From a virus, in IMG/VR virus record IMGVR_UViG_3300021478_000015, positions 1 to 64,000 of that record: 64,000 nucleotides of DNA; one strand, 5' to 3'. The first letter of the stretch is position 1. Each line of letters opens with the position of its first letter. Both the position numbers and the translations under genes were made by a program. Positions 54,899 through 64,000 of the stretch are shown here, in pieces. The notes below the pieces were generated by a model that searched no databases, had not been told where the DNA came from, and worked only from the letters and a program-made list of their open reading frames with translations.

Positions 54899-55471
54899 AT
54901 GACCACCTGTGGGGCCGAGCATCCCACCAAGCCCGGCGTCTACTGCGATCGGCCCTTCGAGCCCGAGCACGATCCTCACCAGCGAGGTGAAGGAGGTCTG
55001 GCTGAGCGCTGGCCCAACCGGGCCTACGGGGCGTCCTTCACCGGGGTCCCTCCCACTCGGCAGGGCAAAGATGAGGCCATGCTGGGGCTGGTTCGCCGCG
55101 CCAGAACGGCTGATCATGCTCCTGATCCTGAGCGACCTTCTCTCTTTGATCCTGCGGCTGCCGCGGCGGCGCGAAGTGATGGGATCAATGCTGCTGATGA
55201 TCATGCTAATGAGATCTGGAAACAGGATGCGTATGAAGCCATACGAATCGTCTCTGGCAGGTTGGATGATTTCACCAGTGATGAGGTTTGGGAAGAGCTT
55301 CAAGGGACTTCGACTTGGACTCATGAACCGGCAGCATTGGGACCAGTGATGCTCAAAGCCTGCCGGGACGGCATCATCATTAAGACCGATGAACTTCGGA
55401 AAACCAAAATCCCGCGTCGGCACCGGGAACTCGTCGTCTGGAGATCTGCGCTAAGAATCCCTCAGGTCTGA
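54899..55471 (+). CDS. hypothetical protein with winged-helix-like C-terminus
   Basis: FTSDEVW..ALGPVM..VVWRS. Confidence 0.7.
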   Translation: MTTCGAEHPTKPGVYCDRPFEPEHDPHQRGEGGLAERWPNRAYGASFTGVPPTRQGKDEAMLGLVRRARTADHAPDPERPSLFDPAAAAAARSDGINAADDHANEIWKQDAYEAIRIVSGRLDDFTSDEVWEELQGTSTWTHEPAALGPVMLKACRDGIIIKTDELRKTKIPRRHRELVVWRSALRIPQV

Positions 55472-55535
55472 GCCTGTCCCCCTCATCCTCTGGCCCACGA
55501 AGGAGTGAAGTTACCCCTTCGTGAGGAGTGGCCGG

Positions 55536-58500
55536 ATGACGTTGCAAGGCTTCGAGGTGCAGGCGGCCAAGCCGAAAGGCGAGCGCGCCAGCGAGGATGA
55601 ACCGGCTCAGCAGCCCATCCGGCCGGGGGAGAAATCCCCTGCTGACCGGCGCAATCTGACCAACGACGAGCGCACCGTCAAGCGCCGCCGTCGCCGCGTC
55701 CACGCTGCCTACAGCGCGCCGGGCTACTACTTGGTGGACAAGGACGCCACCCCGCAGTCGGAGCGCTTCGAGACGGTGAGCGAGGCCGAGGCTCAGCTAG
55801 AGCCCGACTCCGGGCAACTGATCCAGTACCTGGACCAGGCCCCTAACTCCTCCCACGTCGCTGAGCCCTTCCCGCCCAACCTCAACCAAGTCAATGGGAG
55901 CCTCCGGATGTCCGCACACACTGACGACGAGTTCCTGTTCGTGGCCGCCGACGCCGATGGCGACAGCGACGAGGACATGGACACCCAGGACGAGGGGATG
56001 GACGACAAGACCGCGGCTCTCTCCGACGATCGCATCAACGACGCTTACGAGCGCCACCTGCAGTGGTCCAAGGCCAACGGCCACAACGACCCCGACACCG
56101 TGTCGGCCCTGCGCGCCCATGAGCGCTCCGGGGGCATCACTCGGGCCGAGGCCAATGGCGTGGCAGACCTGCAGGGCATCGGCGGAGGCGACAGTGACTG
56201 GCGCAGCCAGGGGCATCGAGACGAGCCCTGGCCGGTCAAGGAAGGTCAGCTACTGGCGGCCATGGCCAAGGCCACCGGGCCGGAGCAGCAGCGCCTCATG
56301 GGCGAACTGGAGGGCCTCCGGCGCGAAGCCCGGCAGAAGGTCCTGGCTGACCGGGAGATCGACCTGGCCGACGCCTACATCCATGACACCTTGACCCCGG
56401 TCCGGGTCCATGAGCACCACACCGCCGCCACCGACTGGATCGAGGATGTAGCCGAGCCCGACCTCTCCGCCCAGGCCGTCCACCAGGCCATGGTGGTCGA
56501 GGCCCAGGAGTGGCGGAGGAGCGTCTCTGCCGCGGTCAGGCAGGATCGGGAGGAGTACCTGGAGCAGGCTCGCGGCCGAGCCCGGATCACCGCCTCGGCC
56601 ATGGGACCGCACCGGGAGATGGCCTTCCAGACCTTCATGCGGACCGCTGTCGAGGAGGACCAGGACCAGCAAGGCCCGGCCTCCATGATCCAGCCCTGGG
56701 CTATGCCACCCATGCCGCTGCCTCCGACCGGTGGCGGTGATGCCCCCTTCGGCATCCCCTCCGGCAATGCTCCGCTCAACGGCCAGAACTTCAACCCCAT
56801 GGCCACCGAGGTCTACCCCGGATCGCAGATACTGCCCCTCGACAACGGGGCCAGTGCCTGGCCACCGGCTGACAACCTCGAAGGCGAAGAGCCCCTGCCG
56901 CCGGTCGCCCCTGACAACTACAACGCGGTGGGGGCCGAGACCCATATGTCGTCCCGGCGTGAGGCCGCCAGTGACTATTCACCCAGGTCTGGCATGGGTG
57001 GTCGAGGAGGAGACAAGCCGTTCAAGGCCACCCACACCTATTCCCCCATCGGTTGGGACGCCTTCGACGCCCGGCCCCATCCCGGCTCCAAGTCCATTAC
57101 CCCCGGCGTGCCGGTCCAGAATCACGGCTACATGAGCCCCCGAGGCCCCGGTGGCATGCGCCTGGTCCACGTCTCGGATGAGTCCGGCAATCACCAGACC
57201 ATCGACAGCCGTAGCCTGGGCAAGCTCAGCCGTGGAGACGACGCCTTCGATCGTGAACAGGACCAGGACATCCTGGAGCGCAACGAGGAGCGCCGTCAGC
57301 CCTACGACTGGGATCCCCAGCGTCGGGAATCCGGGGGATCAATCTTCGAGAGTAACCGTCGTCAGGCCGGGTACAGCGATGAGTTCCCCCATCGGCGGCA
57401 CATGGAAACCCAGCATCCGGGTTATTCAGGTGATGATGGTGGGGATCCCGAGGCCGCCCATCGTCAACTCCACGGTGGGGACTGGTCCACCCCGGCCACT
57501 GATGGCGACAGCATCATGTCTGCCCATCCGGACCTGGCCGAGCATGAGAAGTACCCCGGCCTCTACGACCTCTCGACCGACCTGGGACGGCGGTTCCTGT
57601 CATCACAGAACTTCAACGGCCCCAAGCAGACCTACCAGGAGTACGTGTCCCGGCTCTCCGAGGGCTCCACCCCCATGGATCAGGAGCATTGGGCTGGGTC
57701 CATGGCCGCCGTGACCCCGGCCCCGTCGAACACCTCGATCCCGGTCACCTCCATGATGCGCTGGGGTGAGCGTGGCACGAACCCTGACCCCACCGGGGCC
57801 GACCTGGCCGGTAACCCCATGGCCGGGTATCCCGAGGGTGGTAACTGGGACAAGGACGAGGCCCACGCCCAGTCCGGCGAGGCCCAGTCCAACTTGCCGC
57901 TGGCTCCCGAGGGTCCCATGGTGGCCGAGCACTTGGACTACATCACCGACTTCCCCGATACCGGCCCGGCAGAAGTGCCATCGGATCGGGCCTGGAACAT
58001 CGATGCCAACCAAAGTGCAGCAGGCCACGATTCCGGCGTGACTCACGGTGCCGCGGCGTCCACCTACGACACTTACCACGACACTCCTTACGACGATGAC
58101 ACGCTCGGTGAGAGCCAGTACATGAGCGAGGTCCCTCATGACTTCGAGTCCGGCGGGGGATCCCAGTACTGCAGGCACTGCGGTGAGGCCCGTCGCCACC
58201 CTATGCACGTTTACGCGGCCCGGATGGCGGCCGGGAAGCCACCGCTGGAGCCCGACCGCTCGAACTACGCCACCACCCCCGGCGGGGAAGCTCAGTCCAC
58301 CGAGCAGTACGAGCAGGCCTACTCCTCGGGTCGCAACATCGACTACTCCGAAACTGGCATCGGCCAGCTAGGCACCGTGCCGGTCCAGGGCTACGGGGTG
58401 ACTCCCAACGGCGAGATGTTCCCCTGGCAGGTACCCCCTGGACCTGGCCCGGTGGGAGCCGCCGACGTGGCTGACGTACCGCCCCCAGGGGCCGGACAGG

Positions 58501-58613
58501 TCGGAGCGGCTCAGCCCACTGATCTCAACAACCCGGAGGCTCCTGAGGGCAAGCAGGCCGCTCTCAGGGCCATGCAGAGACGCATCCGTCACAACATGGG
58601 AGCACGGCGATGA
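55536..58613 (+). CDS. large modular head-associated/internal protein, putative polyprotein
   Basis: GAGGAG SD; upstream of portal; recurring KTA/RTA/RQA/REA junctions. Confidence 0.7.
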   Translation: MTLQGFEVQAAKPKGERASEDEPAQQPIRPGEKSPADRRNLTNDERTVKRRRRRVHAAYSAPGYYLVDKDATPQSERFETVSEAEAQLEPDSGQLIQYLDQAPNSSHVAEPFPPNLNQVNGSLRMSAHTDDEFLFVAADADGDSDEDMDTQDEGMDDKTAALSDDRINDAYERHLQWSKANGHNDPDTVSALRAHERSGGITRAEANGVADLQGIGGGDSDWRSQGHRDEPWPVKEGQLLAAMAKATGPEQQRLMGELEGLRREARQKVLADREIDLADAYIHDTLTPVRVHEHHTAATDWIEDVAEPDLSAQAVHQAMVVEAQEWRRSVSAAVRQDREEYLEQARGRARITASAMGPHREMAFQTFMRTAVEEDQDQQGPASMIQPWAMPPMPLPPTGGGDAPFGIPSGNAPLNGQNFNPMATEVYPGSQILPLDNGASAWPPADNLEGEEPLPPVAPDNYNAVGAETHMSSRREAASDYSPRSGMGGRGGDKPFKATHTYSPIGWDAFDARPHPGSKSITPGVPVQNHGYMSPRGPGGMRLVHVSDESGNHQTIDSRSLGKLSRGDDAFDREQDQDILERNEERRQPYDWDPQRRESGGSIFESNRRQAGYSDEFPHRRHMETQHPGYSGDDGGDPEAAHRQLHGGDWSTPATDGDSIMSAHPDLAEHEKYPGLYDLSTDLGRRFLSSQNFNGPKQTYQEYVSRLSEGSTPMDQEHWAGSMAAVTPAPSNTSIPVTSMMRWGERGTNPDPTGADLAGNPMAGYPEGGNWDKDEAHAQSGEAQSNLPLAPEGPMVAEHLDYITDFPDTGPAEVPSDRAWNIDANQSAAGHDSGVTHGAAASTYDTYHDTPYDDDTLGESQYMSEVPHDFESGGGSQYCRHCGEARRHPMHVYAARMAAGKPPLEPDRSNYATTPGGEAQSTEQYEQAYSSGRNIDYSETGIGQLGTVPVQGYGVTPNGEMFPWQVPPGPGPVGAADVADVPPPGAGQVGAAQPTDLNNPEAPEGKQAALRAMQRRIRHNMGARR

Positions 58614-61600
58614 CTGACCTTTGGACCATGGCCGGAGAAGAGGCGGAGCGTGACGCCGCCGCTCACAAGCTGGCCCTGGCTCGGGTGGCCTGCGCCAACT
58701 ACTGGCCTGTCCTGGCATCAGCCGGGACCAAGGACGAGTATGAGCACGCCAAGGCCCTGATCTCCGATGGGGTCACCACCTCGGTGGCCTCAGTGGCCGT
58801 CTCTCCGGCCGACCAGGCCATCCTGGCCTCACGGGTCCTCGACAGCTTTGATGAGGACTGGGATGCCCACCAGGCCGCTCGCACCGCCGTGGTCGAGGAC
58901 GCTCCCGGTTATGGCCAGCAGATGGGCTTTGGCTTCCCGGCCGAGCCGCTGCCCAACGAGGCTCCCGAGCTAGAGAACGAGATCGCGGGTTGGGAGGGCT
59001 CCGACCGCGAGCAACGGGTGAACATGGGCAACGGCATCGGGGTGGCCGACGACTCCTCTGGCCCCAACGTGGAAGGCCCCGGCCAGAACCAGGGTGAGGA
59101 TCCCTTGCTGCACGCCAGCGCCCTGGACATCGAGGCCGGGCTGGAGCCGGGCGACTATCGCCTGGACGCCTTCGGAGCCCTTATCCCGGTAGAGGCAGCC
59201 GCTAACTACGATTCCCAGTGCCCTCTCTGTGATGAGAGAATCCATTCAAAGGACTATGCCTTTGATGAGGATAGTAATGGTGCGAGTGTCACCCATCCTG
59301 GAGTGATCCATAGTCGTCCTTCAGGTCATCCTGACCTTGAGAAGGCCAAGACTCCGATCATGAAGAGGAGGAAGACCTCGGTCTTTCACACTGCCCCCGG
59401 CGGAGGAGAGCACGCCCCGTACTACGTCCGGCGCGAGGGTGACAAGTACAAGGTGGTCAACCGCAATGGTGACGTGAAGGGCACCTTTAACACCAAGGAG
59501 GAGGCCCGTTCCCAGCAAAAGGCTCTCTACGCCAATGTGCCAGGGGCCAGTGAGGAGGCTGAGAAGCGCCACGGCGAAACCCCAAAAGCAGTGGAGGAGG
59601 AAGGTAAGAAAGCCTCCCTCCAACTGACTGCTCTGCAGCGCCAGGCCATTCAGGTGGCCCGCAACATGGTCGATCAGATGCCCGCCGGGGTAGAGCACCA
59701 CGCCGTGGCCAAAGCCATGTACATGCGGGCCAAGGGATTTGACCTGGATGAGGCCGAGACCGATCTGGTGATCAATGCTGCTCTAGAGAGGATCAATGAG
59801 CGCCTGGATTTTACCAAAGAGGGGGCCTATGACAACCTAGCTGGTGACCTCCATCGCATGAACCATGGAGACCGGTCGCGTTATGAGAGCGAAGGCCATG
59901 CCTTCGAGGTCTCCTACCACGAACGTCCGGCGTATGGCGATATGGGTCAGCCGGTACCCAAGAGTGACAAGTACTCGGGTACGACTGGTGAGTACACCCT
60001 GTACCACCCCCACGGTCAGGCCCAGGAGTTTCATGTAGGACCGTCTGTGCATGCCAAGGGTTACCAGGCCGAGAAGGTTCGGGACACCATGATGGACACT
60101 TGGTCTCGCAAGAAGATGGATCGGCTTATGAGCCAGGGCAATCTTCACACCGCCGATGGCGTCTCCGAGGAGAAGCGGGATCGAGCCGAGTCATCCGGTG
60201 ACACCCTGCCTGGCACCGACAAGTTCCCGATCACCAACAAGACCGATCTGGAGAATGCCAAGCACGATATCGGCCGCACCAATGAGCCCCATGACAAGGT
60301 GGTCAACTACATCAACCGCAAGGCTGATGAGCTAGGGGCTCCCAAGGTTGGTGAGGAGAAGACCTCCCGGATGCGCCGATTGTGGGCCAAGGTGACCGGG
60401 CGTCGTATCACTGCGGTGAACATCCACCACTTTGATAGCTCTGGTGGCAGCTACGACCGTACCCAGACCGATGACAGCATCAAGGACGGGGATGTGTTCC
60501 ACATTCCCAGCGAGAAGATCACCGGCTATATGCACGCGGCGTGGCCGGTGGCGGTCACCGAGAGCAAGGGTCAGTTTCACGGGTTGACCGATCCTCATCG
60601 GCCGCCTGCAGGAGAGGAGGACAGGACCTGTCCCTCCTGTGGGGGCTCAGGGCAAGCCGAGTCCACCGCCAATGCCCCTTACCGCAAGCCGGGTGACACC
60701 ACCTGCTGGGGCTGTGGAGGCAAGGGCTACTACCCCGGTGATCCGCCGGAGCGGGTGGCCCAATGGCACGAAGGCTGGAGTCAAGCTCGGGACCTGGCCC
60801 AGCAGAAGGGCTATCCCCTCGACAGTGGCACCCATGAGGCGTCGCGCCGGACCGCCCAGGGCGACATGAGCAATCCCATGGATCCCTCCTCGACGGGCAA
60901 TCCATTTTCCCCGGCTCAGGATGTCAACTCGGCCATGACCGACCAGAACCCCACCATGGGGGCGGGGGCCGGAGCGGGCGGGGCCATGAGCCCCAACACC
61001 GCTCCGCCCGACGAGATCCCTGGCCAGACCCAGCCTGGCTCAGCCACCGGCACGGCGGCCTCCTCGAAGCCCCGGACCAAGCCGTCCGAGAACCCCAACG
61101 CTCCGAACAAGCCAAGGCCGATGCAGCCACAGGGTATGCCCATGACCATGCCCGGCCAGATGATGACCGGCATGCCCATGATGGGTGTCAGGGTGCCGAC
61201 ACCGCCGGATCACAAGCGTCATATTCAGTGGCTCATGCATCAGTACGCCTTGAACCCTGATGAAGCCGAAGAAGAGGCGCAACGGCGATACCAAAGCTAT
61301 CCCGATACCCAGAAGCAGTGGGGGGCTAAGCCTGAGGATATCAGTACGGGTCCCAATCGTGATTTCACCAATCCGATCTCTGATCAGAATGAGAAGTATG
61401 GACCGAAGGTTTCCAGTAAGGCTCAGGTGATCATTGCAGAGTCGATCCTGGAGAACAACCCCGATCTCAGTGATGAGGAAGCTCTGCATCTGGCGATCAA
61501 GACCATCGAGCGTTATCCCCATGTGGTCAAGGAGGCCTACGGAGGGTCCGACTACCCTTTTGACTCAGCGACCGGGGGTTACAGCGTCTGCAGCCAATGC

Positions 61601-61747
61601 GGAGTTGAGGCCTTTGACAGCCGCACCGGTCACTGCCACAACTGCGGCTATGTCGCCGGGGCCGGGAGGGTCGGCTTCGACCCTCTGGTAGGCCCCACCA
61701 CCATCCGGCCGGGGCGGGCTGACCTTCGTAACCCTGGACTCAGGTAA
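58610..61747 (+). CDS. large modular head-associated/internal protein, putative polyprotein
   Basis: Small modules separated by HTA/RTA/KTS/KEA; includes a DUF6582-like FPI..D..NA..IGR module. Confidence 0.7.
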   Translation: MTDLWTMAGEEAERDAAAHKLALARVACANYWPVLASAGTKDEYEHAKALISDGVTTSVASVAVSPADQAILASRVLDSFDEDWDAHQAARTAVVEDAPGYGQQMGFGFPAEPLPNEAPELENEIAGWEGSDREQRVNMGNGIGVADDSSGPNVEGPGQNQGEDPLLHASALDIEAGLEPGDYRLDAFGALIPVEAAANYDSQCPLCDERIHSKDYAFDEDSNGASVTHPGVIHSRPSGHPDLEKAKTPIMKRRKTSVFHTAPGGGEHAPYYVRREGDKYKVVNRNGDVKGTFNTKEEARSQQKALYANVPGASEEAEKRHGETPKAVEEEGKKASLQLTALQRQAIQVARNMVDQMPAGVEHHAVAKAMYMRAKGFDLDEAETDLVINAALERINERLDFTKEGAYDNLAGDLHRMNHGDRSRYESEGHAFEVSYHERPAYGDMGQPVPKSDKYSGTTGEYTLYHPHGQAQEFHVGPSVHAKGYQAEKVRDTMMDTWSRKKMDRLMSQGNLHTADGVSEEKRDRAESSGDTLPGTDKFPITNKTDLENAKHDIGRTNEPHDKVVNYINRKADELGAPKVGEEKTSRMRRLWAKVTGRRITAVNIHHFDSSGGSYDRTQTDDSIKDGDVFHIPSEKITGYMHAAWPVAVTESKGQFHGLTDPHRPPAGEEDRTCPSCGGSGQAESTANAPYRKPGDTTCWGCGGKGYYPGDPPERVAQWHEGWSQARDLAQQKGYPLDSGTHEASRRTAQGDMSNPMDPSSTGNPFSPAQDVNSAMTDQNPTMGAGAGAGGAMSPNTAPPDEIPGQTQPGSATGTAASSKPRTKPSENPNAPNKPRPMQPQGMPMTMPGQMMTGMPMMGVRVPTPPDHKRHIQWLMHQYALNPDEAEEEAQRRYQSYPDTQKQWGAKPEDISTGPNRDFTNPISDQNEKYGPKVSSKAQVIIAESILENNPDLSDEEALHLAIKTIERYPHVVKEAYGGSDYPFDSATGGYSVCSQCGVEAFDSRTGHCHNCGYVAGAGRVGFDPLVGPTTIRPGRADLRNPGLR

Positions 61748-62241
61748 TGCAACAGATATCCGTCCCCGAGGGCGCGAAGGTCGCCTATGCCGGTGTGGCT
61801 AACCGCGAGCACATCGACATTGGTGACGAGGGCAAGGTGCTGCGGACCAGCGGTGGGGTCTGCCATGTGATCATGCGGACCGGGGCCAGGGTGGGTGAGG
61901 TCATCATCATCCCCGGCGAGGACCTCACCATGCTGGGCTCCCGGCGGCCCTCGGTGGACGACTCTCTTTCGGACGGTTCCCTGGACGATCCGGTCCTGAT
62001 CCACACCGCAGTACGGACCGTCTACGACCGCCACGGCGAGCAAGGGCTCATCACCGCCCTGGCCAACCACGATGAGCTACCGGACTTCTACGGGGTGGCC
62101 GAGGAGGCGGTACAGCGCGTCATCGCCACTGTTCGCAACCATCCGGTGATGCTGAGGGTACTGGCAGAGCTAGATGATGAGGAGGGGGAGAACTTCATCC
62201 AATCGTTGGCCATGTCCGCCATCGATGAGGTGGTGGGATGA
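61747..62241 (+). CDS. hypothetical virion-region protein
   Basis: TAATG overlap. Confidence 0.7.
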   Translation: MQQISVPEGAKVAYAGVANREHIDIGDEGKVLRTSGGVCHVIMRTGARVGEVIIIPGEDLTMLGSRRPSVDDSLSDGSLDDPVLIHTAVRTVYDRHGEQGLITALANHDELPDFYGVAEEAVQRVIATVRNHPVMLRVLAELDDEEGENFIQSLAMSAIDEVVG

Positions 62242-63008
62242 GTGATACCGAGACCCCTACCAATCGGAGTTCAACATCGGATACTCCTATGTTCTGCACC
62301 AAGTGTCATCAGATTGTGCAGAAGCCAGGACCCTGCCCCAAAGGCGGAAACCATCATCTTGTCTCCATCTCTGACAAAGGGGTGCAGGGTCAGGGGGAGA
62401 ATGCCGGGACTGAGAGCACCAAGACCGATAAGCCTGATGATCCCAAGAAGTCTCCCAAGGATCAGGATATGAAGAATAAGCCCAATGGTCGGCAGGCCTC
62501 AGTAGCTAACCAGAATGATCGTATTCGGGCTTATGCCATGCAGTATTTGGCTCATGACTCCGGTGATGGCCAGACGGTGTATCACTGCCCGTTCTGCGGT
62601 GGTGGCAACGTCATCGGCCGATCGGACGGCACCATCGCCTGTGGCTTCTGCAATACCCACTTCACCGTGCAGGTCCAGCCCGAGTTCGCGGGCATGCCCC
62701 AGACCATCGACGGCCAGCCCTACGACATCCCCGGCATGCCTGGTGGGGTCGATCCCAACACCGGCATGCCGCCCCAGATGGACGGCATGGCAGACGGGGA
62801 AGAGGGCGAGGACGGAGGCTTTCCACCCGAGGAACCGCCGGATGGAGCGGACATGGGCAGCCCTGAGGATGAAGAGGCCCAGGGCAAGAACGGCACCTCG
62901 GTGCCCTGGGAGCATCAGTCGAGACGGCTCTACCGCACGGCGGCCGGAACCATGACCGAGGAGCAGTACCTGGCCCATCTCGCGCTCATACACAGTGTGT
63001 CCGAGTGA
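62238..63008 (+). CDS. Zn-ribbon virion-region protein
   Basis: HCPFCG.G..SDG.I.C.FC. Confidence 0.75.
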   Translation: MSDTETPTNRSSTSDTPMFCTKCHQIVQKPGPCPKGGNHHLVSISDKGVQGQGENAGTESTKTDKPDDPKKSPKDQDMKNKPNGRQASVANQNDRIRAYAMQYLAHDSGDGQTVYHCPFCGGGNVIGRSDGTIACGFCNTHFTVQVQPEFAGMPQTIDGQPYDIPGMPGGVDPNTGMPPQMDGMADGEEGEDGGFPPEEPPDGADMGSPEDEEAQGKNGTSVPWEHQSRRLYRTAAGTMTEEQYLAHLALIHSVSE

Positions 63009-63011
63009 TGC

Positions 63012-63353
63012 ATGACCGTGCCGGTTTTGATTCAGCAGTATACGGCCAATATCTACCCGAACGCGGGCTCAGCTTATTCGTCTGAGCATGAATGTGAAGG
63101 ATCGAAGTTTCATTCCCCTAATCCGCTACTGGTCCATGAGGTAGATCTTGTTCCCTGGGATGGTCATCCGACATCACATACCGCTTGGCTGTGCGGAACC
63201 TGCCGCGGAAATCTGTGGGTCTACCAGAAGATCCTCTATGAGCGTAAAGGCGACATCCCCTGGGATGTGCAGCGCTCCTTCGGCAATGGGATCCGAGCCT
63301 TGGCCAAGCGAGGTTGGGCCTTCTATACCAGCTACCTGGCAGGTTTGAGATGA
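63012..63353 (+). CDS. hypothetical protein
   Basis: ATGA overlap with portal. Confidence 0.65.
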   Translation: MTVPVLIQQYTANIYPNAGSAYSSEHECEGSKFHSPNPLLVHEVDLVPWDGHPTSHTAWLCGTCRGNLWVYQKILYERKGDIPWDVQRSFGNGIRALAKRGWAFYTSYLAGLR

Positions 63354-64000
63354 GTTCGTTCTGGACACCGACCGGTGAGCACCCCATACCTAACGAGCGT
63401 GACACCGATGTCCTGGGCAGGTTGGCCGCGGCCTCCCTGCGCCGGGGCGTGGCCGATGGTCCAGGGGAGGAGTCCCCTGAGGTCCAGGAGATGCGGAAGA
63501 ACCGCCGGGTCAACCGCCGTCTGAACGGGATCAGTCGGACGGCCGATCTCATGTCGGGCTCGGGGGCCTCGTCCCTGTCGTTTGCCACCGGGCGTCCACA
63601 GGACCCCATGTTCTATTGGAAGCAGGCCAACCTTCCCTATGACATCTGGAAGGAAGAGGAGCTTGTAGTCATCCGGCATTACTGTCGGTTGCTCTACCTC
63701 ACGCATCCACTGCTGGCCTCAGCCATTGATATCTTCAGCAAATACCCCATGCAAGGCATGGAGCTAGCCTGCAAGGACAACGAGCTTGTTGACTTCTATA
63801 GCACACACTTCTTGGAGGATCTGAACTACCCAGAGTATCTGACCGATGTCTTGCATGAGCGTTGGCTGGTAGGAGAAGCGTGGCCATTAGGGCAATGGAA
63901 TGACACCCTGGGTATCTGGGAGGACGACGAGCTAATCAACCCCGATGACGTGGATGTCATCAAGAGCCCGTTCATCAAAGAGCCCCGCTTCGAGATGCGC
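63350..64000 (+). CDS. portal protein, 3' truncated by window edge
   Basis: Open to window end; CRLLY.THPL..SAIDIFSKYP..E.WLVGEAW..INPD.V pattern; position after head genes. Confidence 0.75.
   Translation, partial: MSSFWTPTGEHPIPNERDTDVLGRLAAASLRRGVADGPGEESPEVQEMRKNRRVNRRLNGISRTADLMSGSGASSLSFATGRPQDPMFYWKQANLPYDIWKEEELVVIRHYCRLLYLTHPLLASAIDIFSKYPMQGMELACKDNELVDFYSTHFLEDLNYPEYLTDVLHERWLVGEAWPLGQWNDTLGIWEDDELINPDDVDVIKSPFIKEPRFEMR

Overview
High-GC DNA from a large tailed phage, most likely infecting an actinobacterium (WhiB, Rpf-like LysM protein, many leaderless TANNNT promoters). Gene content and order recall Bxz1-like (cluster C) mycobacteriophages; this is recognition from memory, not a database result. 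Layout: 1-40.6 kb on + carries accessory genes, DinG, ThyX, a 5'-3' exonuclease, a replisome (DnaC-like loader, DnaB, primase, SSB, DnaE), RecA, nucleases, TerL, dCTP deaminase, class II RNR and a DNA methyltransferase. 40.6-52.3 kb on - is an early/host-takeover block (Topo VI-A-like, ArdC-like, HNH-helicase cassette). 52.3-64 kb on + carries WhiB, an Arr-like ADP-ribosyltransferase, a nucleotidyltransferase, two ~1000-aa modular proteins and the start of the portal. Most notable unexplained signals: (1) a nine-copy CTCTAAG-N6-TGCTAA motif embedded in promoters in two geometries; (2) a ~415-nt non-coding transcript under one such promoter, opening with an SD-led Met-Ala-stop minigene, plus a second ~300-nt structured RNA and a tRNA-elbow mimic; (3) an HNH-SF2 helicase coupled to two paralogues with a conserved scaffold and hypervariable inserts; (4) a shared M-x-HLRQAW leader and recurring x-T-A junctions suggesting protease-processed virion cargo. 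No CRISPR array, integrase, canonical tRNA or rRNA was seen.
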